Part shown: one piece after another, positions 19,422-29,890 of the stretch
How positions within the stretch are numbered: the stretch's first letter is position 1
Layout: each line of letters opens with the position of its first letter
IMG/VR virus record: IMGVR_UViG_3300020166_000747
Reading direction: 5' to 3' (one strand)
Source of the DNA: a virus
DNA length: 64,000 nt
Made by a program: the position numbers and the translations under genes
Notes under the pieces: generated by a model
What the model was told of the DNA's origin: nothing
Databases searched by the model: none
Seen by the model: only the letters and a program-made list of their open reading frames with translations

Positions 19422-20697
19422 TATCTATTTGCCCGTGTACATACGCAGATAACTCAGGGTATACCGCTCTCCAATCTAAGTTTCTACGTTGATCCATCTT
19501 GTCGGAGTATGAAACGAATTCTCGTAACATTTCTAAATCAGGTTCATTACTTTCGATTGCTTTATAATATCCCGTTAACATATCAAATTCTTTAGTATCG
19601 GGGTTAACCAAATCTATTAGTTTTTGCAAGTCCGGTAACACGTAACTTCCAAACTTAGTTGGATCTAAAAATGGTGGGTTTTGAATAATGTTCCAGCTTT
19701 GTTCAATCTCTTTATCGTAACGTAGTTGATAGTCCAATACTTTTTGTCGTAATTCCCAATTAGTAGGCGTGGTCAGCGGACAAATTGTACTATGTACTTG
19801 AACTGTAATGCCATCTAATTCCATTAGTGTATTGAAGTTCTCTTCCCATTGCTCCAAGTCTATCCCGTAACGTGAATATTCTTGTTCAGGTCCCCATGCA
19901 TCAATACTACATACAACAATCCAATTGTCAATTTTCCCAGTAGCGATCATTTTTTGAATCCTTGCAAGTTTCTGTTTGAACAGGCGAGGTTTATGCATCA
20001 AATTACTAAACATCTTTATACCGATATTAGAATTATCATTCTCCGATTCTTCAAAGAATGATAAACATTCCTCGAACTCTTCTTTCTGATACAGTGGTTC
20101 GCCACCTAAAATATGAAACATTTTAATTTTGTGTGAATGTTCGTGCATCCATTCCCAGAACTCACCCTTGCGCTTTTCGTATCTATTTGAACTTGAGAAA
20201 TTACCATCAAGACTATAGTACTTACTAGCAGGACCATACTTTTTAATCTCTGCTTCAATTTTACTACTAAATTGCGGTGTGCAATATGTACATGCTAGAT
20301 TACATGTATTCTTAAAGTATACCTCAACACAGGTAGGAGTCACTTCGTCTTGTAATTCGTTGTTTTCAGAATACATAATTTCATGCGGATTCCAATTATT
20401 CATCGGAGTGAAAACCTGTCTTTCACTCTTGCCGCCGGAATCTTCGACACGTTTGCAGTATTGGCAACTGTCCTTAGGCCACTTCCCATCAACCATGCGC
20501 TTGCGTTCTTCAACTAATTTCGGATGCTTGTTAAAATCTTTAAAATTATCGTCCGGCGATAGATTAAATCCGCCGGTTCGGTGACACATATTGATTTGGT
20601 CAAGACTTAGATATAATGTTAACCAACTCCATTTTAACGCACACGCTGCCTCATTCTGAATAGGGAACATTCTTCCTGATTTATTTTCTTCCATCAA
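19414..20697 (-). CDS. Radical SAM protein with N-terminal Twitch domain
   Basis: ACALKW..MCH..CQYC, then CNLACTYC and LGGEP. Confidence 0.9.
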   Translation of the reverse strand: MMEENKSGRMFPIQNEAACALKWSWLTLYLSLDQINMCHRTGGFNLSPDDNFKDFNKHPKLVEERKRMVDGKWPKDSCQYCKRVEDSGGKSERQVFTPMNNWNPHEIMYSENNELQDEVTPTCVEVYFKNTCNLACTYCTPQFSSKIEAEIKKYGPASKYYSLDGNFSSSNRYEKRKGEFWEWMHEHSHKIKMFHILGGEPLYQKEEFEECLSFFEESENDNSNIGIKMFSNLMHKPRLFKQKLARIQKMIATGKIDNWIVVCSIDAWGPEQEYSRYGIDLEQWEENFNTLMELDGITVQVHSTICPLTTPTNWELRQKVLDYQLRYDKEIEQSWNIIQNPPFLDPTKFGSYVLPDLQKLIDLVNPDTKEFDMLTGYYKAIESNEPDLEMLREFVSYSDKMDQRRNLDWRAVYPELSAYVHGQIDND

Positions 20698-22081
20698 ATC
20701 GTCTCCACCAAAGATACAGTTCTGTATCTAATTTGTAAATATCTTCTAGCCGATATTGTTCTTGTCTAATCTGGTCAAGTCTATCTTGATATCCTTTACC
20801 ATTCTTAAACTCTTGTTCGTGTGTATCTGGCCATTGTTCTGCAAATGTCGGACGTTTCTTCATTTCATGTAGAGTGTTAATAAGTGTCTCTTGCTTTTGT
20901 GTACCACGTGGTTCCATATATGCTAATAACTCATCAATTTTTCTGTCAAGAATATGACGTGGCCACGCAAACGGTGACATAACAATATCAGCATGAAATG
21001 CAAACATGATTTTTGTTTCCATGCGCACATCTAATTCTAGTGATAAGTCAAACAAATCTTTTAATGAGAACATGCCTGGACCTGTGATAGTCAAGTCAAA
21101 TAGCATTTTATGCTTACCACCAGGTGCTGCCAGTCCTTGCTTGAAGTTATCTAGCCATTCTTCCCATACGATACCCTTACGAATAAACTCTACAATATCA
21201 CCAGTACCATCGATAGATGCGCACATTAACCAGTCTTTAAACTGTGGTAGATAATCAAATAGATTTTTACCTTTGAAGTCTACACGTGATAGATTAGAAT
21301 TATAACGCAAATAACAGTTCTTTGCAGAACCGTTGTTTACCATTTCTTCTAATGCCCACCAATGCATATCATACATAAGAGGTTCGCCGCCGACCCAATA
21401 GATTTCTTCTACTATGCCGTCACTAATTGCTTTCTTGAACTCAGGTTCAGCAACGTCTTTCTGAAACTTTTGCATTTTCTGTTTAACAGTAGGTTGCATA
21501 AAGGGCTGATTTTCAATACTCCACATGTCGTGTTTCTTCTTTTCAGCTTCCCATGCACTTGATAATTGCTCACCGCACATACGACACTTGAAGTTGCACA
21601 AGTTTGAATAACGATAGTCAAAGGAAATTACTGGCATTTCTGTACGCCCATCATCATCTGTCTTATCAAATGCTTCTTGTATCTTATCTTTGAATAGTAC
21701 ACCTGTGAACCATTTGCGATACGAACTTAGTGATAGAGTGTCATCATTACACACATCACATTGTGGAATGCGCTCTCCTGCCATTAGCTTCTTACGAATG
21801 TCACGCATGTAAGGAGAGTTCCAATGTTCTTCTAGCGTTGTTGGATTAAAGTCATCAACGTCAGTTTTAGAATCTGTTACTTCCCCATACTTTGAATCAT
21901 TTGATGCATCGATATACTGCTTTTGAAAAGAGTGTTCTTCACGTGATGCACAACACATTCTACGTTCACCTTGTGGCGAGATATAAGTATGTGACCACGG
22001 TGCCATACAGAAAGTTTTGTTTTCACTTTCTTCAGCACAACTTGCATCATCTTTCCAGATTGGTACGATTCGTTTAGTCAA
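20681..22081 (-). CDS. Radical SAM protein with N-terminal Twitch domain
   Basis: FCMAPW..MCC..CDVC, then CNFKCRMC and VGGEP. Confidence 0.9.
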   Translation of the reverse strand: MTKRIVPIWKDDASCAEESENKTFCMAPWSHTYISPQGERRMCCASREEHSFQKQYIDASNDSKYGEVTDSKTDVDDFNPTTLEEHWNSPYMRDIRKKLMAGERIPQCDVCNDDTLSLSSYRKWFTGVLFKDKIQEAFDKTDDDGRTEMPVISFDYRYSNLCNFKCRMCGEQLSSAWEAEKKKHDMWSIENQPFMQPTVKQKMQKFQKDVAEPEFKKAISDGIVEEIYWVGGEPLMYDMHWWALEEMVNNGSAKNCYLRYNSNLSRVDFKGKNLFDYLPQFKDWLMCASIDGTGDIVEFIRKGIVWEEWLDNFKQGLAAPGGKHKMLFDLTITGPGMFSLKDLFDLSLELDVRMETKIMFAFHADIVMSPFAWPRHILDRKIDELLAYMEPRGTQKQETLINTLHEMKKRPTFAEQWPDTHEQEFKNGKGYQDRLDQIRQEQYRLEDIYKLDTELYLWWRRFDGRK

Positions 22082-23624
22082 CTATAATTCCTCCGAGGGC
22101 ATCAGTCTCCGTATCCCACCCACCTACTTTTATTTTCTGTTCGTGTGCGTCATCTCCGCTACCATACTCTTCAGTCGTAGCAGGATCAAGCCCACGTGGT
22201 GCATTTTCAAGAATAAATGTCTTAGACTTTATTTGTTCAGCGGTGGGGACTTCTGCCTCAAGTGTGTTATACCAATCAGCCATCGGACCTTTAAAGGTTT
22301 CAGCGAAACTCTTATTACGTCTTACATCAAACTGTGAAAAGAATGCCTTAAAGTCGTTGTACAATTTACCTTGATCTGCTGTGTTCTTATGTGGTGTTTT
22401 AACAATATCAAGATAGTCGATCAGTCTGCGTACACTTGCGCGTTCATGTTCGAATATTTTTTTACTATTAAGAAAAAGCCATGAAGTCAATTTGTCTTTG
22501 TAGTATTTTTTAAGATGTTCTGGTAAAATCGCGGCACTCTGAAAACTTGGGAATCGTAGAATGTTCAATGTAAGCGAAGGAGCACGTGGTCCGTATTCTT
22601 CACGTAGTTCAACTATTTCATCCATAAATTCAGTGATGCTATTTAAGCACAACGAATTGATTGTCATCATCATATGTAGTTTCTGTACATTAGATTCTTT
22701 AAGAACACGATGGATACTATTCATCCATTTGTCATAATCCAAACCGTCACGTATATACTCAGCTTGATCTTTTGTTGCTTCCATAGAAGTGTAGATTTCA
22801 AAGTTAGGAACATACCAAGACTTTTCAATCAACTTGTCTAGTACTTTAGGAGTTTCTGGTGACAAGTTACTATTAATAGCAAATCGCATATTACGACCAC
22901 GATCTGGGTTCTTTTCAAACCAATCAAACAACTTCCAAGTACCCGTATGCATGATGGGTTCGCCACCAGTAATACGAATTTCTTCTAGACTGTCTGCTAA
23001 ATCACTTTCCCACCATGTATGAAACGCTTGAATGAATGGATTGTCTTCTGCTTTCTTTGTTGTAGGTTCTGCCCACGGAGCAGTGTCCATAAAGTGGCCG
23101 CGCCCATCAGACTGAATATTTTGATATGCGCCATAATCATTGATGTCTTTAACCCATGCAGTTGAGAATGCTGGATTACAGTAAGTACACTTTAGATTAC
23201 ATGCTCTATCAAATGAGATTTCAAGTGTACGCAACGGTACATTGGAATCCCATGGCATTTCCATACTCTTGTCAAGGTCTTCATTGCTGAAGATTTCAGT
23301 TTTGAATACGCGGTCAGAGATATGGTCTTTGCCCATATCTTCTACTTTCCAACAGTATTCGCATTCACTAGGACGTTCGCCCTCTTGCATCATCTTACGC
23401 ATCTTCTTCTTATGCATAGTATTATGAATTGCAGAAGGATTGTCTTTTAGTTCTTCGACTGGAATCCAGTGTCCAGGTGGGTGATGACAACTTGTAGTTT
23501 GCCCATGACCCAACCAAATAGTTGCATTATACCATTTTGCACCACAATAGCTTGCGCTCTTGGTATCAATTATACGTTCTTTATACTGATGAAGGGTTTC
23601 CCCATTCTTGTTGTCACGCGCCAT
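22074..23624 (-). CDS. Radical SAM protein with N-terminal Twitch domain
   Basis: YCGAKW..SCHH..CEYC, then CNLKCTYC and TGGEP. Confidence 0.9.
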   Translation of the reverse strand: MARDNKNGETLHQYKERIIDTKSASYCGAKWYNATIWLGHGQTTSCHHPPGHWIPVEELKDNPSAIHNTMHKKKMRKMMQEGERPSECEYCWKVEDMGKDHISDRVFKTEIFSNEDLDKSMEMPWDSNVPLRTLEISFDRACNLKCTYCNPAFSTAWVKDINDYGAYQNIQSDGRGHFMDTAPWAEPTTKKAEDNPFIQAFHTWWESDLADSLEEIRITGGEPIMHTGTWKLFDWFEKNPDRGRNMRFAINSNLSPETPKVLDKLIEKSWYVPNFEIYTSMEATKDQAEYIRDGLDYDKWMNSIHRVLKESNVQKLHMMMTINSLCLNSITEFMDEIVELREEYGPRAPSLTLNILRFPSFQSAAILPEHLKKYYKDKLTSWLFLNSKKIFEHERASVRRLIDYLDIVKTPHKNTADQGKLYNDFKAFFSQFDVRRNKSFAETFKGPMADWYNTLEAEVPTAEQIKSKTFILENAPRGLDPATTEEYGSGDDAHEQKIKVGGWDTETDALGGIIVD

Positions 23625-25182
23625 ATTTTACCTCGTATTCTTCTTTAGCTTCATTCCAAAAGTCTGTCATTTCAGGGAATGTTTCTAAGAAATTTAGTCC
23701 CCTACGCTTATCATACTGTGTAAAGTATTCGTAGAAACGAATTAACTTATCACTTAATTCTGCGTCACTCATATTTAGTCCTTCTTTTGCCCAAGCCAAA
23801 TCACGCTCAAGTTTTAAGACTTCATAGTTCTTAAATCCAGTATACTTACGTCCATACAAATCATTTGGTAGAACATTTGCTTTCATGTAATCGATATTGC
23901 TTTGAATAGTATCAAGCATGATTGGATCTGCTAGTTGAATTGTCATCCAGTCTGGATAACGTAAGTAAGGAATATCAAACCAAACACGTTGACGTTTCTT
24001 GCGCACAAATTTTGGATGCTTAAATCCATTTCGGTCGGGAGGCTGAATAACTTTGTCTTCTTGATTTTCATACCCAAATTCTTCGCGCAACTTTAGAATC
24101 ATATCTAAGAACCCACGTAAATTTGGTATACTAAGGAGAGTAAAAGTGTTAATAAACGAAATCTCTGTACCATCTGTTTCAGACAATACTCGACGGCAAT
24201 TTTCATACATCGTATCAAAATCAAGGCCATCACGAAGATATTCAGCCTGCTTCCCGACACTATCAACACTAACATATAAACTAAAATGCTTACATGCTGG
24301 TGCGACATACCAATGATTTCCGCTATCTGGGTTGAAACGTTCTGGATCTTCCCAAACGCGGACTTCTTCTAATTTCTGTATTTTCTCAATGAACTTATCC
24401 ATTAACGCTGGTTGAGGAGGCGCCATGTTTGACGTAATACTCAAGTCTAAGAATGCGTTTGGATTTTCATTGACATAATCTAATACTTTGAATGTATTCT
24501 TATCCATAAGAGGTTCACCACCTGTCATTCGGAATACTTTCAATTCGTTGTACACTTCTGGAAACCATTTCCAAAATGCTTCAATATAAGGATTATCTTT
24601 ACGTGCTACTTCAAGTGGCATCATACCAGTCTTACGTAGATAATCAATATCATTATGCCCAGTACCGTTAGCAAATCTAAAGCCACCATGTTTCTTAACA
24701 TCATCTTCCCATGCAGTAGATAGATGCGGAGAACAATAAGAACACTTTAGATTACATGCTTGATTGAAATTTACTTCAACGTATCGCGGTGTTATCTTGT
24801 GATCCCAAGGATTGTTTACTACTTCGTCCCATGCTTCTTTGACCCACCACTCACTACTGCGATAGTGTCTATCACTTAGACGACCACCTTCCGGGGCATT
24901 CGGTGCATCTTCTACATTCCAACAATACTGACAACCTTCAGGACGTTCACCCTGCAACATTTGCTTACGCTCTTGCATCTTAAATGTTGTATTGTGTAAT
25001 GCACCTACATCTTTTTTCAGTTCATCTAACGGAATAGCATGTGTAGGTGGATGATAACAACTATGTGTACGGCCTTGCGGCAGATGCAAACTTACTTGCA
25101 ACCACTTTGCCATACACATAGATGGTGAAATAGAATTTAGCTTTTGACGTGTGCTTACTGCATCGTCATCATAATTTGACAT
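23614..25182 (-). CDS. Radical SAM protein with N-terminal Twitch domain
   Basis: MCMAKW..SCYH..CQYC, then CNLKCSYC and TGGEP. Confidence 0.9.
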   Translation of the reverse strand: MSNYDDDAVSTRQKLNSISPSMCMAKWLQVSLHLPQGRTHSCYHPPTHAIPLDELKKDVGALHNTTFKMQERKQMLQGERPEGCQYCWNVEDAPNAPEGGRLSDRHYRSSEWWVKEAWDEVVNNPWDHKITPRYVEVNFNQACNLKCSYCSPHLSTAWEDDVKKHGGFRFANGTGHNDIDYLRKTGMMPLEVARKDNPYIEAFWKWFPEVYNELKVFRMTGGEPLMDKNTFKVLDYVNENPNAFLDLSITSNMAPPQPALMDKFIEKIQKLEEVRVWEDPERFNPDSGNHWYVAPACKHFSLYVSVDSVGKQAEYLRDGLDFDTMYENCRRVLSETDGTEISFINTFTLLSIPNLRGFLDMILKLREEFGYENQEDKVIQPPDRNGFKHPKFVRKKRQRVWFDIPYLRYPDWMTIQLADPIMLDTIQSNIDYMKANVLPNDLYGRKYTGFKNYEVLKLERDLAWAKEGLNMSDAELSDKLIRFYEYFTQYDKRRGLNFLETFPEMTDFWNEAKEEYEVKYGA

Positions 25183-26160
25183 TTAATGTCCGCTCCAACC
25201 AGTGGTTTTTTCTGTTGCTAATGGATTCTTTACTCTTGGGGGATTTGAGTATACTCGCTTGAAAAATGCTGCTACTTCTGGAGTTGGATCACATAGTTCC
25301 ATACCAATCTTATCAACTAAGATATCACCGATACGCAAACATTCATCAAACAACTTATCATAGTCCCATTCTACTTTTGTGTTTTCGCATTTCATTTCAC
25401 CGCCTTTAAATGGTGGGAAGACTTCGTTTTCGAAATACTCTTTGAACCAATCATAGCTAGAAATGTTTTCTAGTACGAAATCAGGGTTAAGATTGATATC
25501 ATAGCAACCAAGACGTGCGCCGAATAATGCCCAGATGCCGTTCTCTACATCAGAACCAATGTTACACCATGTAATTAAACGCTCATAGTTCTTAGGCCAG
25601 ATACGTTTCTTAAAGTCTTCTACAGGAACTTTCTTACCTTCATCAAGTGACATTTTAGCACCTTCACGATAACCAGCACGGAATGCTTGGAACGGTGATC
25701 CTGCATTATATACGAGTGAGTACACATTGTTCATCTGAATATAGTTCAAGTCCCAACAGAAGTCAACCTTTTTTGTTTCATCTTCTGCATTTTCATGTGT
25801 CTTCATATCAAGTACAAGTTGTACTGGCCAGCATTTAATTCCGCCGTTGCCATAAACAAGTCCGTTCACAACGTTCTTCGCTGACCATGAGATAACCGAG
25901 TTAGCTAAGTCAGTGTCTTCTGGGAACGTAAGTTCAATATCAAAGAACTTTTCATCTACGATGTTATCACCGTCGATAGTAATAAATCTGTCTGTATCAC
26001 TTTGTCTCGCACATTCCTTGTGCGCATTATCAAAACCTTTAACGCCATCTACACGTTTTGCAAATGGAAACTTCTGTAGCAAGTCTGCCCAGTGTTTCTC
26101 TTTATTTGGTTCATCGTAACTTAGATAAAAGATATCTAGTTCACCAATTTCTAGTTTCAT
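25183..26160 (-). CDS. Putative GT-A glycosyltransferase
   Basis: LSYDEP..GVKG..AH..FITIDGDN (DxD)..YGNGG..FRAGYREG. Confidence 0.6.
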   Translation of the reverse strand: MKLEIGELDIFYLSYDEPNKEKHWADLLQKFPFAKRVDGVKGFDNAHKECARQSDTDRFITIDGDNIVDEKFFDIELTFPEDTDLANSVISWSAKNVVNGLVYGNGGIKCWPVQLVLDMKTHENAEDETKKVDFCWDLNYIQMNNVYSLVYNAGSPFQAFRAGYREGAKMSLDEGKKVPVEDFKKRIWPKNYERLITWCNIGSDVENGIWALFGARLGCYDINLNPDFVLENISSYDWFKEYFENEVFPPFKGGEMKCENTKVEWDYDKLFDECLRIGDILVDKIGMELCDPTPEVAAFFKRVYSNPPRVKNPLATEKTTGWSGH

Positions 26161-26162
26161 TC

Positions 26163-26738
26163 TTATGCTCTCCTTAACGAATAACTATCAAAATACTTAC
26201 GAGTGTAAATACTTATATCGTATTTATAGTCGTAGTTAATTGTTACTTTTTCACCACTCAGCAAATCACTAAACTTAATCATTTGCATACTAATCAGGAA
26301 CTCTGGTTTATCTTTGTGTGTAATAAAGAAAGGATGTGAATCAGTTCCAGCAACTACAACTGATTGGTTCTTGTCTACGTTTGAACGTGCTACTAGGTCA
26401 TCACTTGCACTGATAACAACAGCATCATCTGTCATTTCTATATTGATATCAGCACCATCAATTTCTACAATCTTTGATATTTGGTTCTCTGCACTACGTT
26501 GCTTAATATTAACTTTACGCTTTACAATATCATATATCAATGGATTGTCACTACGCTTTACAGTATAATCTGAAAACTTATATGTACCATCGATAAACGG
26601 AAGAATATCATCTAGTTCAAATATCGCATACATGTTATCAGTGTCATCTGTTCTTCCACTGATACTTGTTATGGTACCAGTGTCATCAAAGTATACATAT
26701 CTGTTTGTTCTATTTTCTTCTAATGTACTTGTAATCAT
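26163..26738 (-). CDS. Hypothetical protein
   Basis: The start at 26738 makes an ATGA overlap with the upstream stop. Confidence 0.65.
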   Translation of the reverse strand: MITSTLEENRTNRYVYFDDTGTITSISGRTDDTDNMYAIFELDDILPFIDGTYKFSDYTVKRSDNPLIYDIVKRKVNIKQRSAENQISKIVEIDGADINIEMTDDAVVISASDDLVARSNVDKNQSVVVAGTDSHPFFITHKDKPEFLISMQMIKFSDLLSGEKVTINYDYKYDISIYTRKYFDSYSLRRA

Positions 26739-27592
26739 AACACTGCCTTTTCGTAAGTCGCAATCTTTTCTTGTGTCATCCATTCTTTCTGTACATAGTG
26801 TACTGGAAGGTTCTGAACAAAGTTACCGATACGAACTTCAAGATTGTCTGCTAATTCACTTGGGATACTCTTTGTCCAGATGTTATCAATCTTTGCTCTT
26901 TCAATATTCTGAACATGTGATTTCATATGAACGAATGTAGGAACATCCTTAATATCATAATCGCACACAACTTCTTCAATGTCAAGTAGTTTAATCGCAA
27001 GAGCATATGCCATATCAGCACTCATCCAATTCTGACCGATACCTTTAAGAAACTTATCGTAGTAAACATTCCAATGTGTCATAATAAGTTCAATCATACG
27101 GAAAAACTCATATGCAGGTTGTGTCTTTTTAAAATACGAAAAGTTGCTGTATACGTCTGGCAGTTCTAGTTCTGTAAACTTCTTACGGTAGAAGTCATCT
27201 ACTACATCTTCGCCGCGAAATGTTTTTACGTTTGTACAACACCATACGTCTTTAGTAGCTAGATAATCCCACCAATGATCCACGCTGTGTGTAAACACCA
27301 TATCACTATCCAAGATAATCGTTTCATCAAACGGAGACATGTGAATGTACTTCCACTTATTATGAATCTTCCAATTATCTGTACCAGCATCATCATTCCA
27401 AGGAATATCTACAATATGGTCAAAGACTTTACGGTGTTTATCTTGTACTAAACTCTTAGTGTGTTCATCTACGCATACACAAATTGCGTTCTCTTGCTGT
27501 GTGGCTTTTAAACTAAGTGCTAGAGCATATGTCATTTCTAGGTAGTCAAACTCATTATTATTCTGAGCAATTACAATGTAACCTTTACTCAT
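26735..27592 (-). CDS. GT8-like glycosyltransferase
   Basis: ALALSLK..NKW..SPFDETIILDSDM (DxD)..FVHMK. Confidence 0.65.
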   Translation of the reverse strand: MSKGYIVIAQNNNEFDYLEMTYALALSLKATQQENAICVCVDEHTKSLVQDKHRKVFDHIVDIPWNDDAGTDNWKIHNKWKYIHMSPFDETIILDSDMVFTHSVDHWWDYLATKDVWCCTNVKTFRGEDVVDDFYRKKFTELELPDVYSNFSYFKKTQPAYEFFRMIELIMTHWNVYYDKFLKGIGQNWMSADMAYALAIKLLDIEEVVCDYDIKDVPTFVHMKSHVQNIERAKIDNIWTKSIPSELADNLEVRIGNFVQNLPVHYVQKEWMTQEKIATYEKAVL

Positions 27593-28455
27593 AGTGTTTC
27601 TCCTAGTTCTAACATCATATCAACATTACGTTCAATCGCACGTTTATTCATAATATGTAAATCTGTATTAGTGAAGCGGGACAACAAGTGTTCTTCGATT
27701 GTTTCTGCTTTAGCACAATACATGATAACATCATTCGCACTATTTACCCTAAAGATATCATCTAAGTCAAACGAGTTGTTAAGATAGTCTATAGGAAGTG
27801 ACGGCGCACTAAATGCTACATTTCCGTTTAACATGTGCAATGCAATTGCAAATGCAAAATCGTTTCTAAACAGATTACCAGAGCAATTGTATAGAGCATA
27901 ATAGTATTTGTAGTTGTACTTGATATGTGTGATTAGATTGAACAAGTTTTCTGCGAACTCGCTCTTTCTAAAGAAGAACACAGTCGCCCAACACATTGGA
28001 ATAGTAAAATCATCAATATAGGAAACATTACCGCCATGTCTACCAGCAATGTCCCTATATTGATAATTAATCATGAAGTCATTCTCGCTTCCCCATACCT
28101 GGTCAAGTGTGTCACTCATTATAAAGTAATCACAGTCAATGACCAATGTTTCTTCATATGGTGAAAGTTCATATACTTCACTGCGTCCCATATTTTTAAA
28201 GGATGCATACTCAGGACTGTTCGCAGTATCTTTGAACAGTCTAGTATTCTCTGGTTGAAAGTTATCTGAAATAATAGTTCTATCAAAATATTGCTTGATT
28301 AGTTCCGGATGTTCATCTGCCGAGGCGCTATCTGTAACGAGACAAATTTCGTCAAATTCACTAAGATTTTTCCTAGCATAACCAGCACTTGCACATGCAA
28401 TCTTCACATAATCAACGTAACCATTATTTCTTGCAAAAAGAATAATACCGCGCAT
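27589..28455 (-). CDS. GT8-like glycosyltransferase
   Basis: SPYEETLVIDCDY (DxD)..WATVFFFRK..FRNDFA..HIMNK; paralogue of the adjacent gene. Confidence 0.65.
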   Translation of the reverse strand: MRGIILFARNNGYVDYVKIACASAGYARKNLSEFDEICLVTDSASADEHPELIKQYFDRTIISDNFQPENTRLFKDTANSPEYASFKNMGRSEVYELSPYEETLVIDCDYFIMSDTLDQVWGSENDFMINYQYRDIAGRHGGNVSYIDDFTIPMCWATVFFFRKSEFAENLFNLITHIKYNYKYYYALYNCSGNLFRNDFAFAIALHMLNGNVAFSAPSLPIDYLNNSFDLDDIFRVNSANDVIMYCAKAETIEEHLLSRFTNTDLHIMNKRAIERNVDMMLELGETL

Positions 28456-28835
28456 TAGATTTCAAGTACCTTTTCAATCTTGCGTGAACTACGCAATTTT
28501 TGATAGTCATTGTAGTACTCATTGATTACTTCGAAGTAAAGACTGCTAATATCTTCTAAAAACTTTTCAGTGTCATCAATTTGGATTGGAATATCATTCT
28601 TGTCCAATAAAATTAGACTTGTCTTACCAGATACAACAGCCATATTTACAAAAGCAATAAGCTCCTGTGATACGCGGAATGTACCGCCATTAGTGCTGTG
28701 TGACAATAGGTTTTGTGTCTTGACTTTAAGATTATTCTTAGCCAAGTTAAATGTTTGCATTGTGTTTGAAAAGTCCAGTGCTTTAGCAAGACGTTCTTGT
28801 TCAGCACTAGAGGAATTGATAGTTTCGTTTGACAT
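28455..28835 (-). CDS. Hypothetical protein, first gene of the GT/radical-SAM operon (possible tail-fibre assembly factor)
   Basis: 126 aa with an AGGAGA RBS. Confidence 0.65.
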   Translation of the reverse strand: MSNETINSSSAEQERLAKALDFSNTMQTFNLAKNNLKVKTQNLLSHSTNGGTFRVSQELIAFVNMAVVSGKTSLILLDKNDIPIQIDDTEKFLEDISSLYFEVINEYYNDYQKLRSSRKIEKVLEI

Positions 28836-28859
28836 GGTTATTCTCCTAATATTACTTCT

Positions 28860-28888
28860 ATTATATAGAAATATTAGAGAAATGTCAA
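28860..28888 (-). promoter_or_regulatory. Consensus sigma70 promoter driving the GT/radical-SAM operon
   Basis: Minus strand TTGACA-N17-TATAAT, preceded by TAACAC as at 54493 and 59051. Confidence 0.85.
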
Positions 28889-28891
28889 GTG

Positions 28892-29866
28892 TTAAAGTTC
28901 AGAAATATGAGAATATGTCGGAGTTGGAGTAACAACACCTAATCCAGATACATCATTATCATCTGCACGTTGTTGATCAATCGTTACAGTAAGTGTGCCT
29001 TCTGTATAGTCAGTGCCTGTCCAAGTGCCACCACCGTCATTTGTCCATGTACCTGTATCAGATACGTGACCATCATTGTATTCAATCTTAACATCAATCG
29101 CAGAACCATTTGTTTTCGCATACACATTAAGTTGGTTTTGTACATAATCACCAATGCCACCTTTTGTATACACAAGCGCATATGTTGCAGTTAGACCAGT
29201 AAATCCTACACCCGGAGTACCAACACTTGCTGAACTTTCTGTAGAATTATTTGATAATTTAACAGTTGCAATATCTGTTAATAAATCCGCCCATGCATCA
29301 CTTTGTGCATGTGATATATCATAACCTGTTAATTCAGTTGATATACGAATTTCACCACCTGAGTTAAAGAAGTTACGCATTGCATCTGTATCTGAGAATG
29401 TAGTTTTGAATTCGTAATTTTGTGGGTTATTTGAATTATCCCAATGATTACCTGTTGATCCAGGATCTACGAATGTCTTTGATGACGAAATTTTGTTTGT
29501 CTCAAGCGTCATCAAAGAGATGTCGTAGTTTAGTTTATTAGCACGAACACTAGTAATATCATTTTCTAGGTCTGGAATTAACTGAATGATTTTGTTTGGT
29601 GCTGGGAAATCTGAGTCACTAGTACTAGCCGGAATATTAATAGCTGTTGATTGGTGTTGAGCGGCGAACTTAATAGATGTTAATAGTTCATCCCAATTCG
29701 CCGCCCGTACTTTTGAACCAGCGGTCACAAGAGTTACCAGTAGCTGTGATTGGCCATAACCCGAATCACCTGCCCCTAATCCAACAATCTCATTAATATC
29801 ATTTGCGAAACCGTTGAAATCAGATGCCCTGATTTTGCCTCCCAGATAGTAACTTTGTGGTGCCAT
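28892..29866 (-). CDS. Virion structural protein (baseplate/short-fibre-like)
   Basis: Ser/Thr/Gly-rich. FFNSGGEIRIS is shared with the adjacent paralogue. Lies in the tail module. Confidence 0.6.
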   Translation of the reverse strand: MAPQSYYLGGKIRASDFNGFANDINEIVGLGAGDSGYGQSQLLVTLVTAGSKVRAANWDELLTSIKFAAQHQSTAINIPASTSDSDFPAPNKIIQLIPDLENDITSVRANKLNYDISLMTLETNKISSSKTFVDPGSTGNHWDNSNNPQNYEFKTTFSDTDAMRNFFNSGGEIRISTELTGYDISHAQSDAWADLLTDIATVKLSNNSTESSASVGTPGVGFTGLTATYALVYTKGGIGDYVQNQLNVYAKTNGSAIDVKIEYNDGHVSDTGTWTNDGGGTWTGTDYTEGTLTVTIDQQRADDNDVSGLGVVTPTPTYSHISEL

Positions 29867-29890
29867 TTAATTTGTCCTCAGTGTATTATT

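Noticed and set aside
17005-25182. RiPP biosynthetic cluster
   Set aside because: No precursor peptide, RRE/PqqD domain, peptidase or exporter was seen. The neighbouring genes are glycosyltransferases.
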